From the NCBI GenBank assembly GCA_052387955.1, contig JBQTIQ010000008.1, positions 4,553-68,552 on the forward strand: a stretch of DNA of 64,000 nt, read 5' to 3'. Positions 39,829-53,962 of the stretch are shown one piece after another (position 1 is the first letter of the stretch; every line of letters starts with the position of its first letter). The translations under genes and the position numbers were made by a program. The notes beneath the pieces are model-generated. The model saw nothing but the letters and a program-made list of their open reading frames with translations, did not search any database and was not told the DNA's origin. Source of the stretch: Acidimicrobiia bacterium (GTDB lineage Bacteria; Actinomycetota; Acidimicrobiia; Acidimicrobiales; JACDCH01).

Positions 39829-40480
39829 GCGATCGGTGGCCCGACCCCGTGCCCGTCCGACCGACGACGCCCATCGCGAAGCGGTACGGGCGCTTCGGAC
39901 CAACCTGCTGGCGGCGCTCTCGGGGACGGCCCATCCGGTGGTGGCGTTCACCGGGCCCCGCGGCGGCGAGGGCACCACGTCGTGCGCCATCGCGCTGGCC
40001 CGCGCCGTCGGCCAGGCCGGGATGCGGGTGATCCTGGTCGACACCTACTTCGCCCGGCCCGACCTGCACCGCCGGCTGGGCGTCGCCGACGCCGCCGGCC
40101 TCGCCGACGTGCTCATCGATCGGACGGTGCTCGAAGCGGCCCTGCAGCCCGTCCCCGGCGGCGCCGGCGCGCCGCCGTCGCTGCGGGTGCTGACCGCCGG
40201 CGTCGAGCGGGAGCGGGCGAGTGAGCTCCTCGGCGGCGACCGCGCCGTCGAGCTGTTCGCCGCCCTGGCTGCGGACTGCGACCTGGTGGTGGTCGACGCC
40301 GCCCCGGTGCTGGTCTCGGCCGACGCCCTGGCCCTCGGCCGCTCGGCAACCGGCGCGGTGCTGGTGGTCGCCTCCCGCAAGACAACGGCCGACTCGGCCC
40401 GAGAGGCTCACCATGCCCTGGCCCGGAGCCAGACCAGGGTGCTCGGGGTGGTCGTCAACGACCCTTCCGGTCGGGCTTGA
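39821..40480 (+). CDS. CpsD/CapB-like tyrosine kinase with a degenerate Walker A
   Basis: EAVRALRTNL, GEGTTS, VVVDAAPVL, LGVVVN. Confidence 0.8.
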   Translation: MPRRSVARPRARPTDDAHREAVRALRTNLLAALSGTAHPVVAFTGPRGGEGTTSCAIALARAVGQAGMRVILVDTYFARPDLHRRLGVADAAGLADVLIDRTVLEAALQPVPGGAGAPPSLRVLTAGVERERASELLGGDRAVELFAALAADCDLVVVDAAPVLVSADALALGRSATGAVLVVASRKTTADSAREAHHALARSQTRVLGVVVNDPSGRA

Positions 40481-41616
40481 ACCACCGGTCGGCCTCCGCC
40501 GCCGGCGGTCGGCGCACGGTCGTGCACGTGCTCGAGGCGCTCGAGGGCGGCACCGCCCGTCACCTGGTCGACGTCGTCACCCACGCCCGGGGCTGGGAGC
40601 ACCATGTGGCCATCCCCGCCCGCCGGGTCGGTGCCCCCACCGACCGCCTGGCCGCGCTGCGCCTGGCCGCCGCCGGCGCCGAAGTCCACCTGGTGGCCAT
40701 GCGGCGCCACCCGCTGCGGGCCGACAACCTCGTCGCCACTGCCCGGCTGCTGGCCCTGGTGAGCCGGGCCCGGCCCGCGGTCGTGCACGGGCACAGCTCC
40801 GTCGGCGGCGCCCTGGGCCGGATCGTGGGGACGGCCGCCCGGCTACCTCGGGTGTACACCCCGAACGGGCTGTGGCCGGGACGGGCGGCGCTGGCCGTCG
40901 AGCGGGCGCTGGGCTGCGTCACCGATCGCCTGGTGGCGGTCTCCGACAGCGAGGCCGAGCTCGTCGCCCGCCTGCGCCTGGTGCCGCCGGCCCGGTTGGT
41001 GACGATCCCCAACGGGGTCCTACCCGATCCCGTCCCGGCGGCCGGCGTAGACCTGCGCCGGCGGTTGGGCCTGGCCGACGGTACGCCGCTGGTCGGATCG
41101 GTGGCGCGCCTCGTCGCCCAGAAGGCGCCCGAGCGGCTGGTGGCGGTGGCGGCCCGGGTGGCGGCCGCCAGCGACGCTCATGTGGTGCTGATCGGCGACG
41201 GGCCGTTGCGGGGCGCCTTCGACGCGGCCCGGCGCCAGGCGGGCCTGGACGGTCGCCTCCACCTCGTGGGCGACCTGGCCGATGCTGCCGCCGTGGTCGG
41301 CCAGCTCGACGTGTTCGTGCTCACGTCCCGATTCGAGGGCGGGCCCTACGCCCCCCTCGAGGCCATGCGGGCCTCGAGGGCCGTGGTGCTCACCGACGTG
41401 GTCGGCAGCCGCGACGTGGTCGAGGACGGCGTGTCCGGCTTCCTGGTGCCCGAGGGCGACCAGCCCGCCATGGCCGATCGTGTGCTCATGCTGCTGGCCG
41501 ACCCCGGCCGGCGCCAGCTCGTCGGGGCCGCCGGCCGGCGCCGGGTCATCGCCGCCTTCGACGTGCGCGCCCTCGGGGACCGGCTGGCCGCGCTGTACGA
41601 CGAGCTGACGGCGTGA
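40477..41616 (+). CDS. glycosyltransferase family 4
   Basis: GGTARH, TIPNGV, SRFEGGPYAPLEAM. Confidence 0.88.
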   Translation: MNHRSASAAGGRRTVVHVLEALEGGTARHLVDVVTHARGWEHHVAIPARRVGAPTDRLAALRLAAAGAEVHLVAMRRHPLRADNLVATARLLALVSRARPAVVHGHSSVGGALGRIVGTAARLPRVYTPNGLWPGRAALAVERALGCVTDRLVAVSDSEAELVARLRLVPPARLVTIPNGVLPDPVPAAGVDLRRRLGLADGTPLVGSVARLVAQKAPERLVAVAARVAAASDAHVVLIGDGPLRGAFDAARRQAGLDGRLHLVGDLADAAAVVGQLDVFVLTSRFEGGPYAPLEAMRASRAVVLTDVVGSRDVVEDGVSGFLVPEGDQPAMADRVLMLLADPGRRQLVGAAGRRRVIAAFDVRALGDRLAALYDELTA

Positions 41617-41685
41617 GTGCACCTCGGCGCGAGCTCCGTCATGGCGTCCGAGCCCGGGCGGCTCGAGCTCGGGGCGGCGCCCGGG

Positions 41686-41725
41686 CCCCATCGTCGCCCG
41701 GCTCGCGGGCGCTGGCGCGCTCGAC
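41686..41725 (+). repeat. intergenic repeat family A, partial copy
   Basis: cccatcgtcgcccggctcgcgggcgct. Confidence 0.55.
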
Positions 41726-41831
41726 CGGTCACCGGGGTAGCGCAGTCGGTCATGGGCCCATGACCGTCACACAACCGCAAGGTAGGAGCGGTTGGACCGT
41801 TCCACGAGCGCATGATGGATGATGAGGCGAC

Positions 41832-42611
41832 GTGGCCGCGGGCGCACTATCGTCAGGCCCGCAAGCGGCGCGGTGGGCCGGCACGACGCAGACGCGAGGG
41901 GTTAGCGCTTTCGTGAAACGCATCATCGACGCCATCGTGGCCAGCGTGCTGCTCGTGGTCACGTTGCCGGTGCTGTTGGTGGCGGTCGTGGGTTGCGCGC
42001 TGTCGCTGCGAGCATGGCCGTTCTTCTCCCAGACCCGTATCGGCCGTGACGGGCGCCCGTTCCGCTTCGTCAAGGTGCGCACCCTGCCGGTCGACGCACC
42101 CCGGTACTCCCGCAAGTACGACCTCGACACCGACGCCATCCCCCGCTTCTGCGCCGCCCTGCGCCACCTGAAGCTCGACGAGCTCCCCCAGCTGTGGCTC
42201 GTGGTCCGGGGCCACATGAGCCTGGTCGGCCCCCGGCCCGAGATGCCGTTCCTGAACGACCAGTTCGATCCGGGCTTCGCCGAGGTGCGCTCGTCGGTGC
42301 TGCCCGGCTGCACCGGGCTGTGGCAGATCGGCGAGCACTCCGACGGGCTGATCCTCGAGCACCCCGAGTTCGACCGGTTCTACATCGAGAACCGCAGCGT
42401 GCGCCTCGACCTGTGGATCCTGGCTCGCACCGTGCGCCTCTTGATCCCGGTCGGGCGCCGCCAGTTCCTGTCCCTCGACCAGCTTCCGGCGTGGGCCCGG
42501 CAACGGGCGGTCGAGCCGGTCCCGGCGGCGCACTTCCCGGTCAGAGCAGTCGAACTGCGCCCCGTGGTCGACGCCGGCCGGCGACCCGAGCTGCGGCCGG
42601 TCGACGCCTGA
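41832..42611 (+). CDS. priming sugar transferase (bacterial sugar transferase domain)
   Basis: KRIID, LDELPQL, MSLVGPRPE, PGCTGLWQI; start uncertain. Confidence 0.88.
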   Translation: MAAGALSSGPQAARWAGTTQTRGVSAFVKRIIDAIVASVLLVVTLPVLLVAVVGCALSLRAWPFFSQTRIGRDGRPFRFVKVRTLPVDAPRYSRKYDLDTDAIPRFCAALRHLKLDELPQLWLVVRGHMSLVGPRPEMPFLNDQFDPGFAEVRSSVLPGCTGLWQIGEHSDGLILEHPEFDRFYIENRSVRLDLWILARTVRLLIPVGRRQFLSLDQLPAWARQRAVEPVPAAHFPVRAVELRPVVDAGRRPELRPVDA

Positions 42612-42668
42612 GGGCATCACGGTGGGGCCGTGGGCGCTCTCCGACGCGGCTGTGCTCCGCCACGCGCT

Positions 42669-43904
42669 CTAAGCCCCGAGACCGAGCCGCGGCAGCGTCA
42701 CCTCGATAGGGGCGTCGGCGGCGAGGGCGACCGTGCCGGCCGGGGTGGTGCCGTCGGCGCTGGCGCCCATGACACCGACGACGGCCGGGCTCTGGCTGTG
42801 GCGGAGCCACGGTCGTAGATGGGCTTCGCTGACGGCGTCGGTGATGACCGCTCCGTAGTGGAAGCGGCGCCGTTCCAGGAAGGCGCCGAGCTCACCGACG
42901 TCGTCGAAGCGCTCGACTCCCGGCCCCAGCACACCGTCAGCGCCGGCGCCGGCAGCCACCCACGTGACCCGGGAGCGGGGCAGCGCTCGGTGAGCGGCCG
43001 TGGCGACCGGGGCCAGAGCCCCGCTGGCGTCGATCACGAGGAGGCGGTCCTCTGCCCACCAGTCCCGCACCACGAGGTCACGGTGGGGGTCGAAGGGGGG
43101 CCGGCGGAGCAGCGGCCGGCCGGCGAGTTGGCCGGCGAACCGGTCGACGAAGATATGACGGTTCCGGGCCAGTAGCCGGCGCCGTGCCCGGTGGCTGAAC
43201 GCGCCCTGCCCCAGGTGGCGGACCCGGGCCGAGGGCTCATAGACGGTGCGCAGGCCGATCTCCCGCAGGGAGAACCCGAGGTCTGCGTCCTCGAAGTAGC
43301 CGAGGCCGTAGACCGGGTCGAGGCCGCCGACCCGTTCGAACGCCTCCCGGCGCACCACCAGCGCCGCCGCCGAGCCGTAGTCGACGTCGCGTCGGAATCC
43401 CAGCCGCGGGTCGTCGTCGTCCAGCCGGTCGCCGTAGCCGTAGCCCCGGCCGTCGGCCCCGACCACCACGCCGGCCTCCTGGACGGCGCCGTCGGCGCCG
43501 AGGTACCGCGGCGTGGCCGCGCCCGCCCCGTCGTCGCCGTCGAGCACGCCGACGAGCGCCGACAGCCAGCCCGGCTCGGGCTCGATGTCGCTGTTGAGGA
43601 TCCCGAGATAGCGGCCACGGGCGCGCAGGGCGCCCACGTCGACGGCGGCGCCGAAGCCCACGTTGTCCTCGTTGAGGACGAACCGGGCCCCGTCGACCTC
43701 GTCACGCAGCCGGCGGCCGGCGCCGTCGGGCGAGGCGTTGTCGACCACGATCACCTCGTAGTCGACGTCGGCGGTGGCACCGACGGTGACCAGGGCGCGA
43801 CGGGCGACCTCGTAGCCGCCGTAGAGGACCATCACCAGGCTGACGGCGGGCTGCGCGCTGGTGGCCAGCGGCAGCCGTTCGCCCGGCCCGGTCCCCGTGC
43901 CCAC
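42669..43904 (-). CDS. glycosyltransferase family 2
   Basis: VVDNASPD, NVGFG, LNSD, YFEDADL. Confidence 0.86.
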   Translation of the reverse strand: MGTGTGPGERLPLATSAQPAVSLVMVLYGGYEVARRALVTVGATADVDYEVIVVDNASPDGAGRRLRDEVDGARFVLNEDNVGFGAAVDVGALRARGRYLGILNSDIEPEPGWLSALVGVLDGDDGAGAATPRYLGADGAVQEAGVVVGADGRGYGYGDRLDDDDPRLGFRRDVDYGSAAALVVRREAFERVGGLDPVYGLGYFEDADLGFSLREIGLRTVYEPSARVRHLGQGAFSHRARRRLLARNRHIFVDRFAGQLAGRPLLRRPPFDPHRDLVVRDWWAEDRLLVIDASGALAPVATAAHRALPRSRVTWVAAGAGADGVLGPGVERFDDVGELGAFLERRRFHYGAVITDAVSEAHLRPWLRHSQSPAVVGVMGASADGTTPAGTVALAADAPIEVTLPRLGLGA

Positions 43905-44516
43905 CTAGCCGAACCACCGCTTCAACCGGCCCAGGCGGCCGACGCCGTCGGCCACTGCCTCCCACGCCCGCCCTCCCCGGCCCCGCCCGAACCACCGGTC
44001 CGCGGCGACCGTCGCCGCTTCCATCCGAGCCCAGCGGGCCACCACCGTCGGCGGCCGGGGCGTCAGTCGTCGCCAGCCCGGGTCGACCTGGTCGGCGAGG
44101 TCGTCGAAGTACCGGCTGAGGACGGCTACGTCGGTGCCGGCCGGCCCGGTCCCGACCAGCGGGCGTCCCAGCGCCCATGCCAATGCGCCGATGTCGGGCC
44201 CGTCGGAGACGATCCGGCTGGCACCGAGGACGGCGGCAACGTGATCGGCGATGCCGGCTTCGCCCGGGAGCGCCGGGTCGCGGCCCGGGGTGACGGCCGG
44301 GGCCTCGACCGGGTACCACCCGGCGGCGCGCAGGAAGCGGAGCCGCCGCTCCAGCACCGGCAGCGGGAAGGCGTGGGGGACCAGCAGCGCCAGTGACTGC
44401 GGGGGCGCGGCGGCGCCCACCGTGGACGGTCCCGGCCGCCGGCCAGGGAGGCGTCGGGCCAACTCGGCCTCGACGACCCGTCGGCCGATCCCGTCCACCA
44501 ACTCGGCACTGTCCAC
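43905..44516 (-). CDS. hypothetical protein, weak resemblance to polysaccharide pyruvyl-transferase-like proteins
   Basis: Abuts the GT2 start; TAACGT -10 box upstream of the GTG. Confidence 0.5.
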   Translation of the reverse strand: MDSAELVDGIGRRVVEAELARRLPGRRPGPSTVGAAAPPQSLALLVPHAFPLPVLERRLRFLRAAGWYPVEAPAVTPGRDPALPGEAGIADHVAAVLGASRIVSDGPDIGALAWALGRPLVGTGPAGTDVAVLSRYFDDLADQVDPGWRRLTPRPPTVVARWARMEAATVAADRWFGRGRGGRAWEAVADGVGRLGRLKRWFG

Positions 44517-44717
44517 GTCCCCGAGACGTTAGCCAGCGGCCCACCGAAGGGCCCGGCCCGGCCCGCCGCCCGCCGCCGCACCGTCCTGCGGGCCCAGCAG
44601 CCCCGCCTCCCGGCGTCCGCGGGATGGTCGGGCGCGTCGACACCGGCCTCGGCGCAGTCGTCCCGGGCACGGTCCCGTCCGACGGGGACCCTGGACGTCA
44701 CTCGCTAGAGTCAGCCC

Positions 44718-44812
44718 CGTACACACGGGAGCCCGGAGGACCGGGCTGAGAAGGGGACCGTCCCGTCCCCGACCGTCCGAACCTGATCCGGGTCATGCCG
44801 GCGCAGGGAGGA
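44718..44812 (+). promoter_or_regulatory. TPP riboswitch
   Basis: ggg...gctgaga...acc..gaacctgatccgggtcatgccggcgcaggga, directly upstream of thiE with the SD overlapping the aptamer end. Confidence 0.93.
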
Positions 44813-44816
44813 ACGC

Positions 44817-45464
44817 ATGGCGATCGGCCGATTGCATCTCATCACCGATACTCGTGGCGGACGCGACCCGATGCCGGTCGTCGCCGCTGCCCTCGCCGCC
44901 GGCGTACCGGTGGTACAGGTACGGGCCAAGGGCGCCACCGACCGCCAGTACTACGACCTCGCCTGCCGGGTGGTCGACCAATGCGCACGGCACGGTGCCC
45001 TCTGCCTGGTCGACGACCGGCTCGACGTGGCCCTCACCGCCGGCGCCGGCGGCGTGCACCTCGGCGAGGACGACCTGCCGGTGGCGGCAGCCCGCCACGT
45101 GCTCGACGGCCGGGGGGGTGGCTTCGAAGTGGGGGCCACCGCCCGGGGCCCGGCCGCGGCCCAGGCCCACGAGGCGGCGGGAGCCACCTACTTGGGGGTC
45201 GGGCCCGTCTACGCCACGTCGGCCAAGGACGGCCTGCCTGCGCCCCTGGGCCTGGCCCGACTCCGGGACGTGGCGTCAGCCGTCGGGATACCCGTCATTG
45301 CCATCGCCGGTGTGACGGCTGAACGGGTGCCGGAGCTGGTCCAGGCCGGTGCCCACGGCGTCGCGGTGATCGGAGCGGTCAGCGAGGCTGCCGATCCCTA
45401 CGCCGCCACCGCCACCTTGATGGCCGCGATCGACTTGGCCTCCCGATCGTGCCGACGGCCCTAG
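44817..45464 (+). CDS. thiE: thiamine-phosphate synthase
   Basis: VQVRAK, VDDRLDVA, GVHLGEDD, GPVYATSAK. Confidence 0.92.
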   Translation: MAIGRLHLITDTRGGRDPMPVVAAALAAGVPVVQVRAKGATDRQYYDLACRVVDQCARHGALCLVDDRLDVALTAGAGGVHLGEDDLPVAAARHVLDGRGGGFEVGATARGPAAAQAHEAAGATYLGVGPVYATSAKDGLPAPLGLARLRDVASAVGIPVIAIAGVTAERVPELVQAGAHGVAVIGAVSEAADPYAATATLMAAIDLASRSCRRP

Positions 45465-45826
45465 AGCCCGTGGCCCGCCATCGGGGTGCCGACGCAGAAC
45501 TCGTTGCCTTCCGGGTCGTGGAAGGTTGCCCAGTACACGCCGTGCTCGGCGTGGCGGCCGACGAGGGCAGCACCCAGTCCGCCCAGACGGTCGACCTCGG
45601 CGTCCACCTCCGCCTGCGTCTCGGCGTGAAGGTCGAGGTGGCAGCGGTTCTTGGCGGTCTTGGGCTCGTCGACGTGGATGAACATCAGTTGCTGGCCGGG
45701 GGGCCGTACGAAGGCCACATACGGGTTGGGGCTATCGGCTTCGACGTCGAACACGCCGGCCCAGAACCGGGCCAACGCCCCCGGGTCGCTGGCATCGAAG
45801 GTCACGCTGTTCACCATGAGCGCCAT
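45461..45826 (-). CDS. VOC/glyoxalase-like protein
   Basis: VTFDASDP..LARFW, KNRCHLDL, DPEGNEFCV. Confidence 0.85.
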   Translation of the reverse strand: MALMVNSVTFDASDPGALARFWAGVFDVEADSPNPYVAFVRPPGQQLMFIHVDEPKTAKNRCHLDLHAETQAEVDAEVDRLGGLGAALVGRHAEHGVYWATFHDPEGNEFCVGTPMAGHGL

Positions 45827-45864
45827 CGTCCCGACGGTACCGCCCGGCGCCGGAGGGCGAGACG

Positions 45865-46973
45865 GTGAGTGCTCCCGACGTGGCCGTGGTGGGGGGCGGG
45901 ATCATCGGGCTGTCGATCGCGTGGCGGGCCGCGGCGCGCCACGGCCTCGACGTCGTCGTGATCGACGACGCCCCCGGCCAGGGTGCGACGGGCGTGGCTG
46001 CCGGCATGCTGGCGCCGGTCACCGAGGTCCATTTCGGCGAGGAGCCGCTGCTGGCCCTGAACGTCGAATCGGCGCAGCGCTGGCCCGAGTTCGCGACCGA
46101 GCTCGAAGCGGCGGCGGGCCTGGGCGTCGGCTACCGGGACGACGGGACGCTGTCGGTCGCTTTCGACGACGACGACCTGCGCGTCCTCGACCAGCTGTGC
46201 CAGTTCCAGGCCCGCCTCGGGCTCGAGGTGGAGCGCCTCGACCGTCGCCAGTGCCGTCGCCGGGAGCCCCTCCTGTCGCCCCGGGCCCGGGGAGGTGTGC
46301 TGGCGGTGGCCGACCACCAGGTCGATCCCCGCCGAGTGGCCGCCGCCCTGATCGAGGCGTGCCACCGGGCCGGCGTCGGCTTCGTAGCGGACCGGGCGAC
46401 CGCGCTCGAGGGGGCCGGACGGGTGCGCCTGGCCGGAGGCGACGAGGTCGCCGCCGGCACCGTCGTCGTCGCCGCCGGCAGCTGGTCGGGCCTGCTGAGC
46501 GGGGGGATGGTCCCGGTGCGCCCGGTGAAAGGCCAGCTCCTGCGGCTGCGCTTCGATCCCGCAGAACCACCGTTGACGGCCACGGTGCGGGGCCTGGTGG
46601 CTGGGCGGGCCGTGTACCTGGTGCCGCGTTGTGACGGTGAGCTGGTCATCGGCGCCACCGTCGAGGAGCAGGGTTTCACCACCTCGGTCACCGCCGGCGC
46701 GGTCAGAGAGCTCCTCCAAGCCGCAGCCGACCTGGTCCCCGCCGTCGGCGACCTCGAGCTCGTCGAGATGTCCGCCGGGCTGCGCCCCGCCACTCCCGAC
46801 AACGCCCCGCTGATCGGGCCATTGCCGGGTGACGACCGGGTCGTGGTGGCGACCGGCCACTACCGCAACGGCGTCCTGCTGGCCCCGGTCACCGCCGATG
46901 CCGTGGCCGACCTGCTCGGCGGCGCCCCGTTGCCGGCCGCCGTCGCCGCCTTCTCGGTGGGACGGTTCGCATC

Positions 46974-46977
<4 letters not shown>
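45865..46977 (+). CDS. thiO: glycine oxidase
   Basis: GGGIIGL, AAGMLAP, PVKGQ, GHYRNGVLLAP. Confidence 0.93.
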
Positions 46978-51156
<4,179 letters not shown>

Positions 51157-51161
51157 AGTGC

Positions 51162-51188
51162 CGGTGCCGAACTGGAGGTCCGGCACCG
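51162..51188 (+). terminator. hairpin after thiC
   Basis: cggtgccg/cggcaccg 8-bp stem; no strong U-tract. Confidence 0.35.
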
Positions 51189-51227
51189 AGTCAGTTTCGC
51201 GGCCGGCTCCCCAGGGAACCTTCGGTC

Positions 51228-51308
51228 ATGAGTAGCTTCGTGGTCCTGGTGCTGCTGCTGGTGCTGCTCTTCGGCAGCGGCAACCTCATGATCCGCGGCC
51301 GCCGGTAG
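51228..51308 (+). CDS. 26-aa single-TM small protein
   Basis: MSSFVVLVLLLVLLFGSGNLMIRGRR; GTTT-16-GGGAAC promoter-like motif 8 nt upstream. Confidence 0.5.
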   Translation: MSSFVVLVLLLVLLFGSGNLMIRGRR

Positions 51309-51388
51309 AGGGTCGCCGGCCCTCCCCGTCCCCCGTCCGCGGTCCCCTCGGTGCGAGGCCGCGGCCGCACAAGCGCGAGGATCGGGGC

Positions 51389-52261
51389 GTGAAGCTGGCA
51401 AACCTCGAGGGCCGGGCAACGATCGTGACCGACGCCGGCGGCGTCGACGTCGCTGAAGCATCCGCCGGGCGCTTCGGGCCTGGTGTCCAGTCCCTCTACG
51501 AGGACTGGCCGGCGTTCGTGGCCTTCGCCGGCCCGGCGGCTGCTGGTGCCGGTGCCGTCCCGATCGACGAGTCCCGCCTCGGCCCGCCTGCCCCGCAGCC
51601 TCGCCAGGTGTTCGCCATCGGCCTCAACTACCAGGCCCACGCCGACGAGTCGGGCATGGAGGTGCCGTCGGTACCGGCGACGTTCACCAAGTTCCCCTCG
51701 TGCCTGACCGGTCCCCGCTCCGAGGTGACCATCGGCAGCGACATGGTCGACTGGGAGGTGGAGCTGGTGGTGGTCCTCGGCGCCGGCGCCCGTCGCGTGG
51801 CTGCCGCCGATGCCTGGGGCCACGTGGCCGGGCTCACCATCGGCCAGGACCTCTCCGACCGCGGCGTGCAGTTCGCCGCCGGCCGCCAGTTCTCGTTGGG
51901 CAAGTCGTTCACCGGGTTCGGTCCGATGGGGCCGTACCTGGTGACCCCCGACGAGTTCGCCGACCGCGACGATCTCGGGCTCGGCTGCTCGATCGACGGC
52001 GAGGTGGTCCAGGACGCCCGTACCGGCGACATGATCCTCGACGTCGCCACCCTGATCGAGCGCCTCTCGGCCATCCTCACCCTGATGCCGGGCGACGTCA
52101 TCTTCACCGGCACGCCGGCCGGTGTCGGCATGGGCCGGACGCCCAGACGCTTCCTCGCGCCGGGCCAGGTCCTCGAGACGTGGATCGAGGGCATCGGCAC
52201 CATGCGCAACCCCTTGGTGGCGCCGAGCCCGTCGGGTGGTGGCGGCATCGCCGGGAGTTGA
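51389..52261 (+). CDS. fumarylacetoacetate hydrolase family protein
   Basis: IGLNY, DWEVEL, DLSDR, GKSF, GDVIFTGTPAGVG. Confidence 0.92.
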   Translation: MKLANLEGRATIVTDAGGVDVAEASAGRFGPGVQSLYEDWPAFVAFAGPAAAGAGAVPIDESRLGPPAPQPRQVFAIGLNYQAHADESGMEVPSVPATFTKFPSCLTGPRSEVTIGSDMVDWEVELVVVLGAGARRVAAADAWGHVAGLTIGQDLSDRGVQFAAGRQFSLGKSFTGFGPMGPYLVTPDEFADRDDLGLGCSIDGEVVQDARTGDMILDVATLIERLSAILTLMPGDVIFTGTPAGVGMGRTPRRFLAPGQVLETWIEGIGTMRNPLVAPSPSGGGGIAGS

Positions 52262-52380
52262 GGTGTAGTTCGGCCTCGTCGTCCTGTACGGCGCAGCCGC
52301 TGGCGGTCCGCCCGCCGGAGGCCGGCGCGGTTGATTCGGTGACGAACCTTCGGTCCGGGCCGGGACTCAGTGCCTCCCGT

Positions 52381-52434
52381 GGGGCTGCGCCCCACACTCA
52401 TCGCCGCCGGGCGAGCTGGCGCTCGCGCCGTCGG
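52381..52434 (+). repeat. intergenic repeat family A copy
   Basis: ggggctgcgccccacactcatcgccgccgggcgagctggcgctcgcgccgtcgg. Confidence 0.85.
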
Positions 52435-52460
52435 GCTGAAGCACTCGCGCCGCTCGCACT

Positions 52461-53795
52461 TCAGCCCAGGAAGCGCCGGCAGATCTCTTCCCAGCCCTGA
52501 CAGGACAGGTCGAGGGATTCGAGGTCGATGCGCTCGTCGCGGCCGTGGAAGCGGGACCAGTACTCGTCGCGGCTGACCTTCTCGCTGAGGAGCCCGAAGC
52601 CGTACACGGTGACACCTTCGGGCCGCAGCCAGCGGGCGTCGGTCTGGGCCGCCAGCACGGTCGGTACGAGGGTGGCGCCCCGGTAGTGGTCGGTCACCAC
52701 TGATTCGAGGACCGGCCACAATGGGGTCGCGGTGCTAGATCGGGTCGGTCCGAGCAGGACCCGGGTCTCGATGTCGTCGGGCGCGACGAGGTCGGCGAGC
52801 AGGGTGCGCAGGCTGTCGACGACCTCGTCGGGGTCCTCGTCGAGCGCGGGGCGTACGTTGACCGACAGTCGGACGAGCCCGGGGATGACGTTGGACTTGT
52901 CGCCGCCGCGCACCACCGTCGGCACGATCGTGGAGTGGTTGCAGGCGTGGGCCTGGCGGGCGAGGTCGTCGGGCAGGGTCGCCAGGGCGTCCCACAACTG
53001 GGAGGGGTCGCACAGCACGGCTTTGGTGGCGGGGTCGAAGTCCTGGTGGGAGACCCACGCACGCCACTCATCGCTGATGCGGGTCGGGGGGCGGTACTCG
53101 ACCAGGCGTCGTACCACGGCGGCTACCTTGACCAGGGCGTTGTCCGCCCCGAAGGGCAGCGAGCTGTGCGCCGGCGTGCCTCGTACGGTGATGCTGATCC
53201 AGCCGCCGCCCTTGTCGGCCACGTACGCCTCGACCAGCGGGCCGTTGGGGCCGGGGGTGACCGCTCCGCCGACCTCGGTCACGGCGTAGTCGGTCCGCAC
53301 CAGGTCGGGGTGACGCTCGATCAAGGGCTTCATGCCGACGAGCCCGCCACATTCCTCGTCGGGGACGGCGACGTAGACGAGGTCGCCCCGGGGGCGGAAC
53401 CCGGCGTCGGCCAGGCGCCGCACGGCGATGGCCATGGTGGTGGTCTGGTTGAGCATGTCGACGGCGCCCCGGCCCCAGACCTCCCCGTCGATGAGCTCGC
53501 CGCCGAATGGGTCGTGACGCCAGCCCTCTTCGCTGGCCGGCACGACATCGGTGTGGCTGAGCAGCGACAGCGACGCCGCCTCGGGGTCGTGGCCGGAGAT
53601 GCGGGCGACGATGGCCGACCGCCCCGGGTCGAGCTCGATGGTCTCCACCTCGAGCCCGGGCCCCTCGAGCACCGCGCGCAAGGTGTCGGCATTGCGGGAC
53701 TCGCTGCCCGCCGGCGGGTCGTCGGTGCTGACGCAGCGGTTGCGGATCATCGTCGCCAACAGTTCGACGCTCGCGCCGACGTGGTCCTGAGGCAT
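52461..53795 (-). CDS. M20/M25/M40 metallopeptidase
   Basis: HTDVVP, WGRGAVDM, DEE, FHGRDE. Confidence 0.9.
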   Translation of the reverse strand: MPQDHVGASVELLATMIRNRCVSTDDPPAGSESRNADTLRAVLEGPGLEVETIELDPGRSAIVARISGHDPEAASLSLLSHTDVVPASEEGWRHDPFGGELIDGEVWGRGAVDMLNQTTTMAIAVRRLADAGFRPRGDLVYVAVPDEECGGLVGMKPLIERHPDLVRTDYAVTEVGGAVTPGPNGPLVEAYVADKGGGWISITVRGTPAHSSLPFGADNALVKVAAVVRRLVEYRPPTRISDEWRAWVSHQDFDPATKAVLCDPSQLWDALATLPDDLARQAHACNHSTIVPTVVRGGDKSNVIPGLVRLSVNVRPALDEDPDEVVDSLRTLLADLVAPDDIETRVLLGPTRSSTATPLWPVLESVVTDHYRGATLVPTVLAAQTDARWLRPEGVTVYGFGLLSEKVSRDEYWSRFHGRDERIDLESLDLSCQGWEEICRRFLG

Positions 53796-53962
53796 CGGCC
53801 GCACCCTACGTCGCCTCGGTGGGCCCGTCCCGGCCCTTGTCGGCCATCGGACAGACGGTCGAGAGCGACGCTCGACGTGGCCCGGCAGGGGAACGGGGGT
53901 GGTTTGCGAGACCGGGATCGGGGGCAGGGCAGTCCCTACGCAAACGGATCGGAGACGACCCC

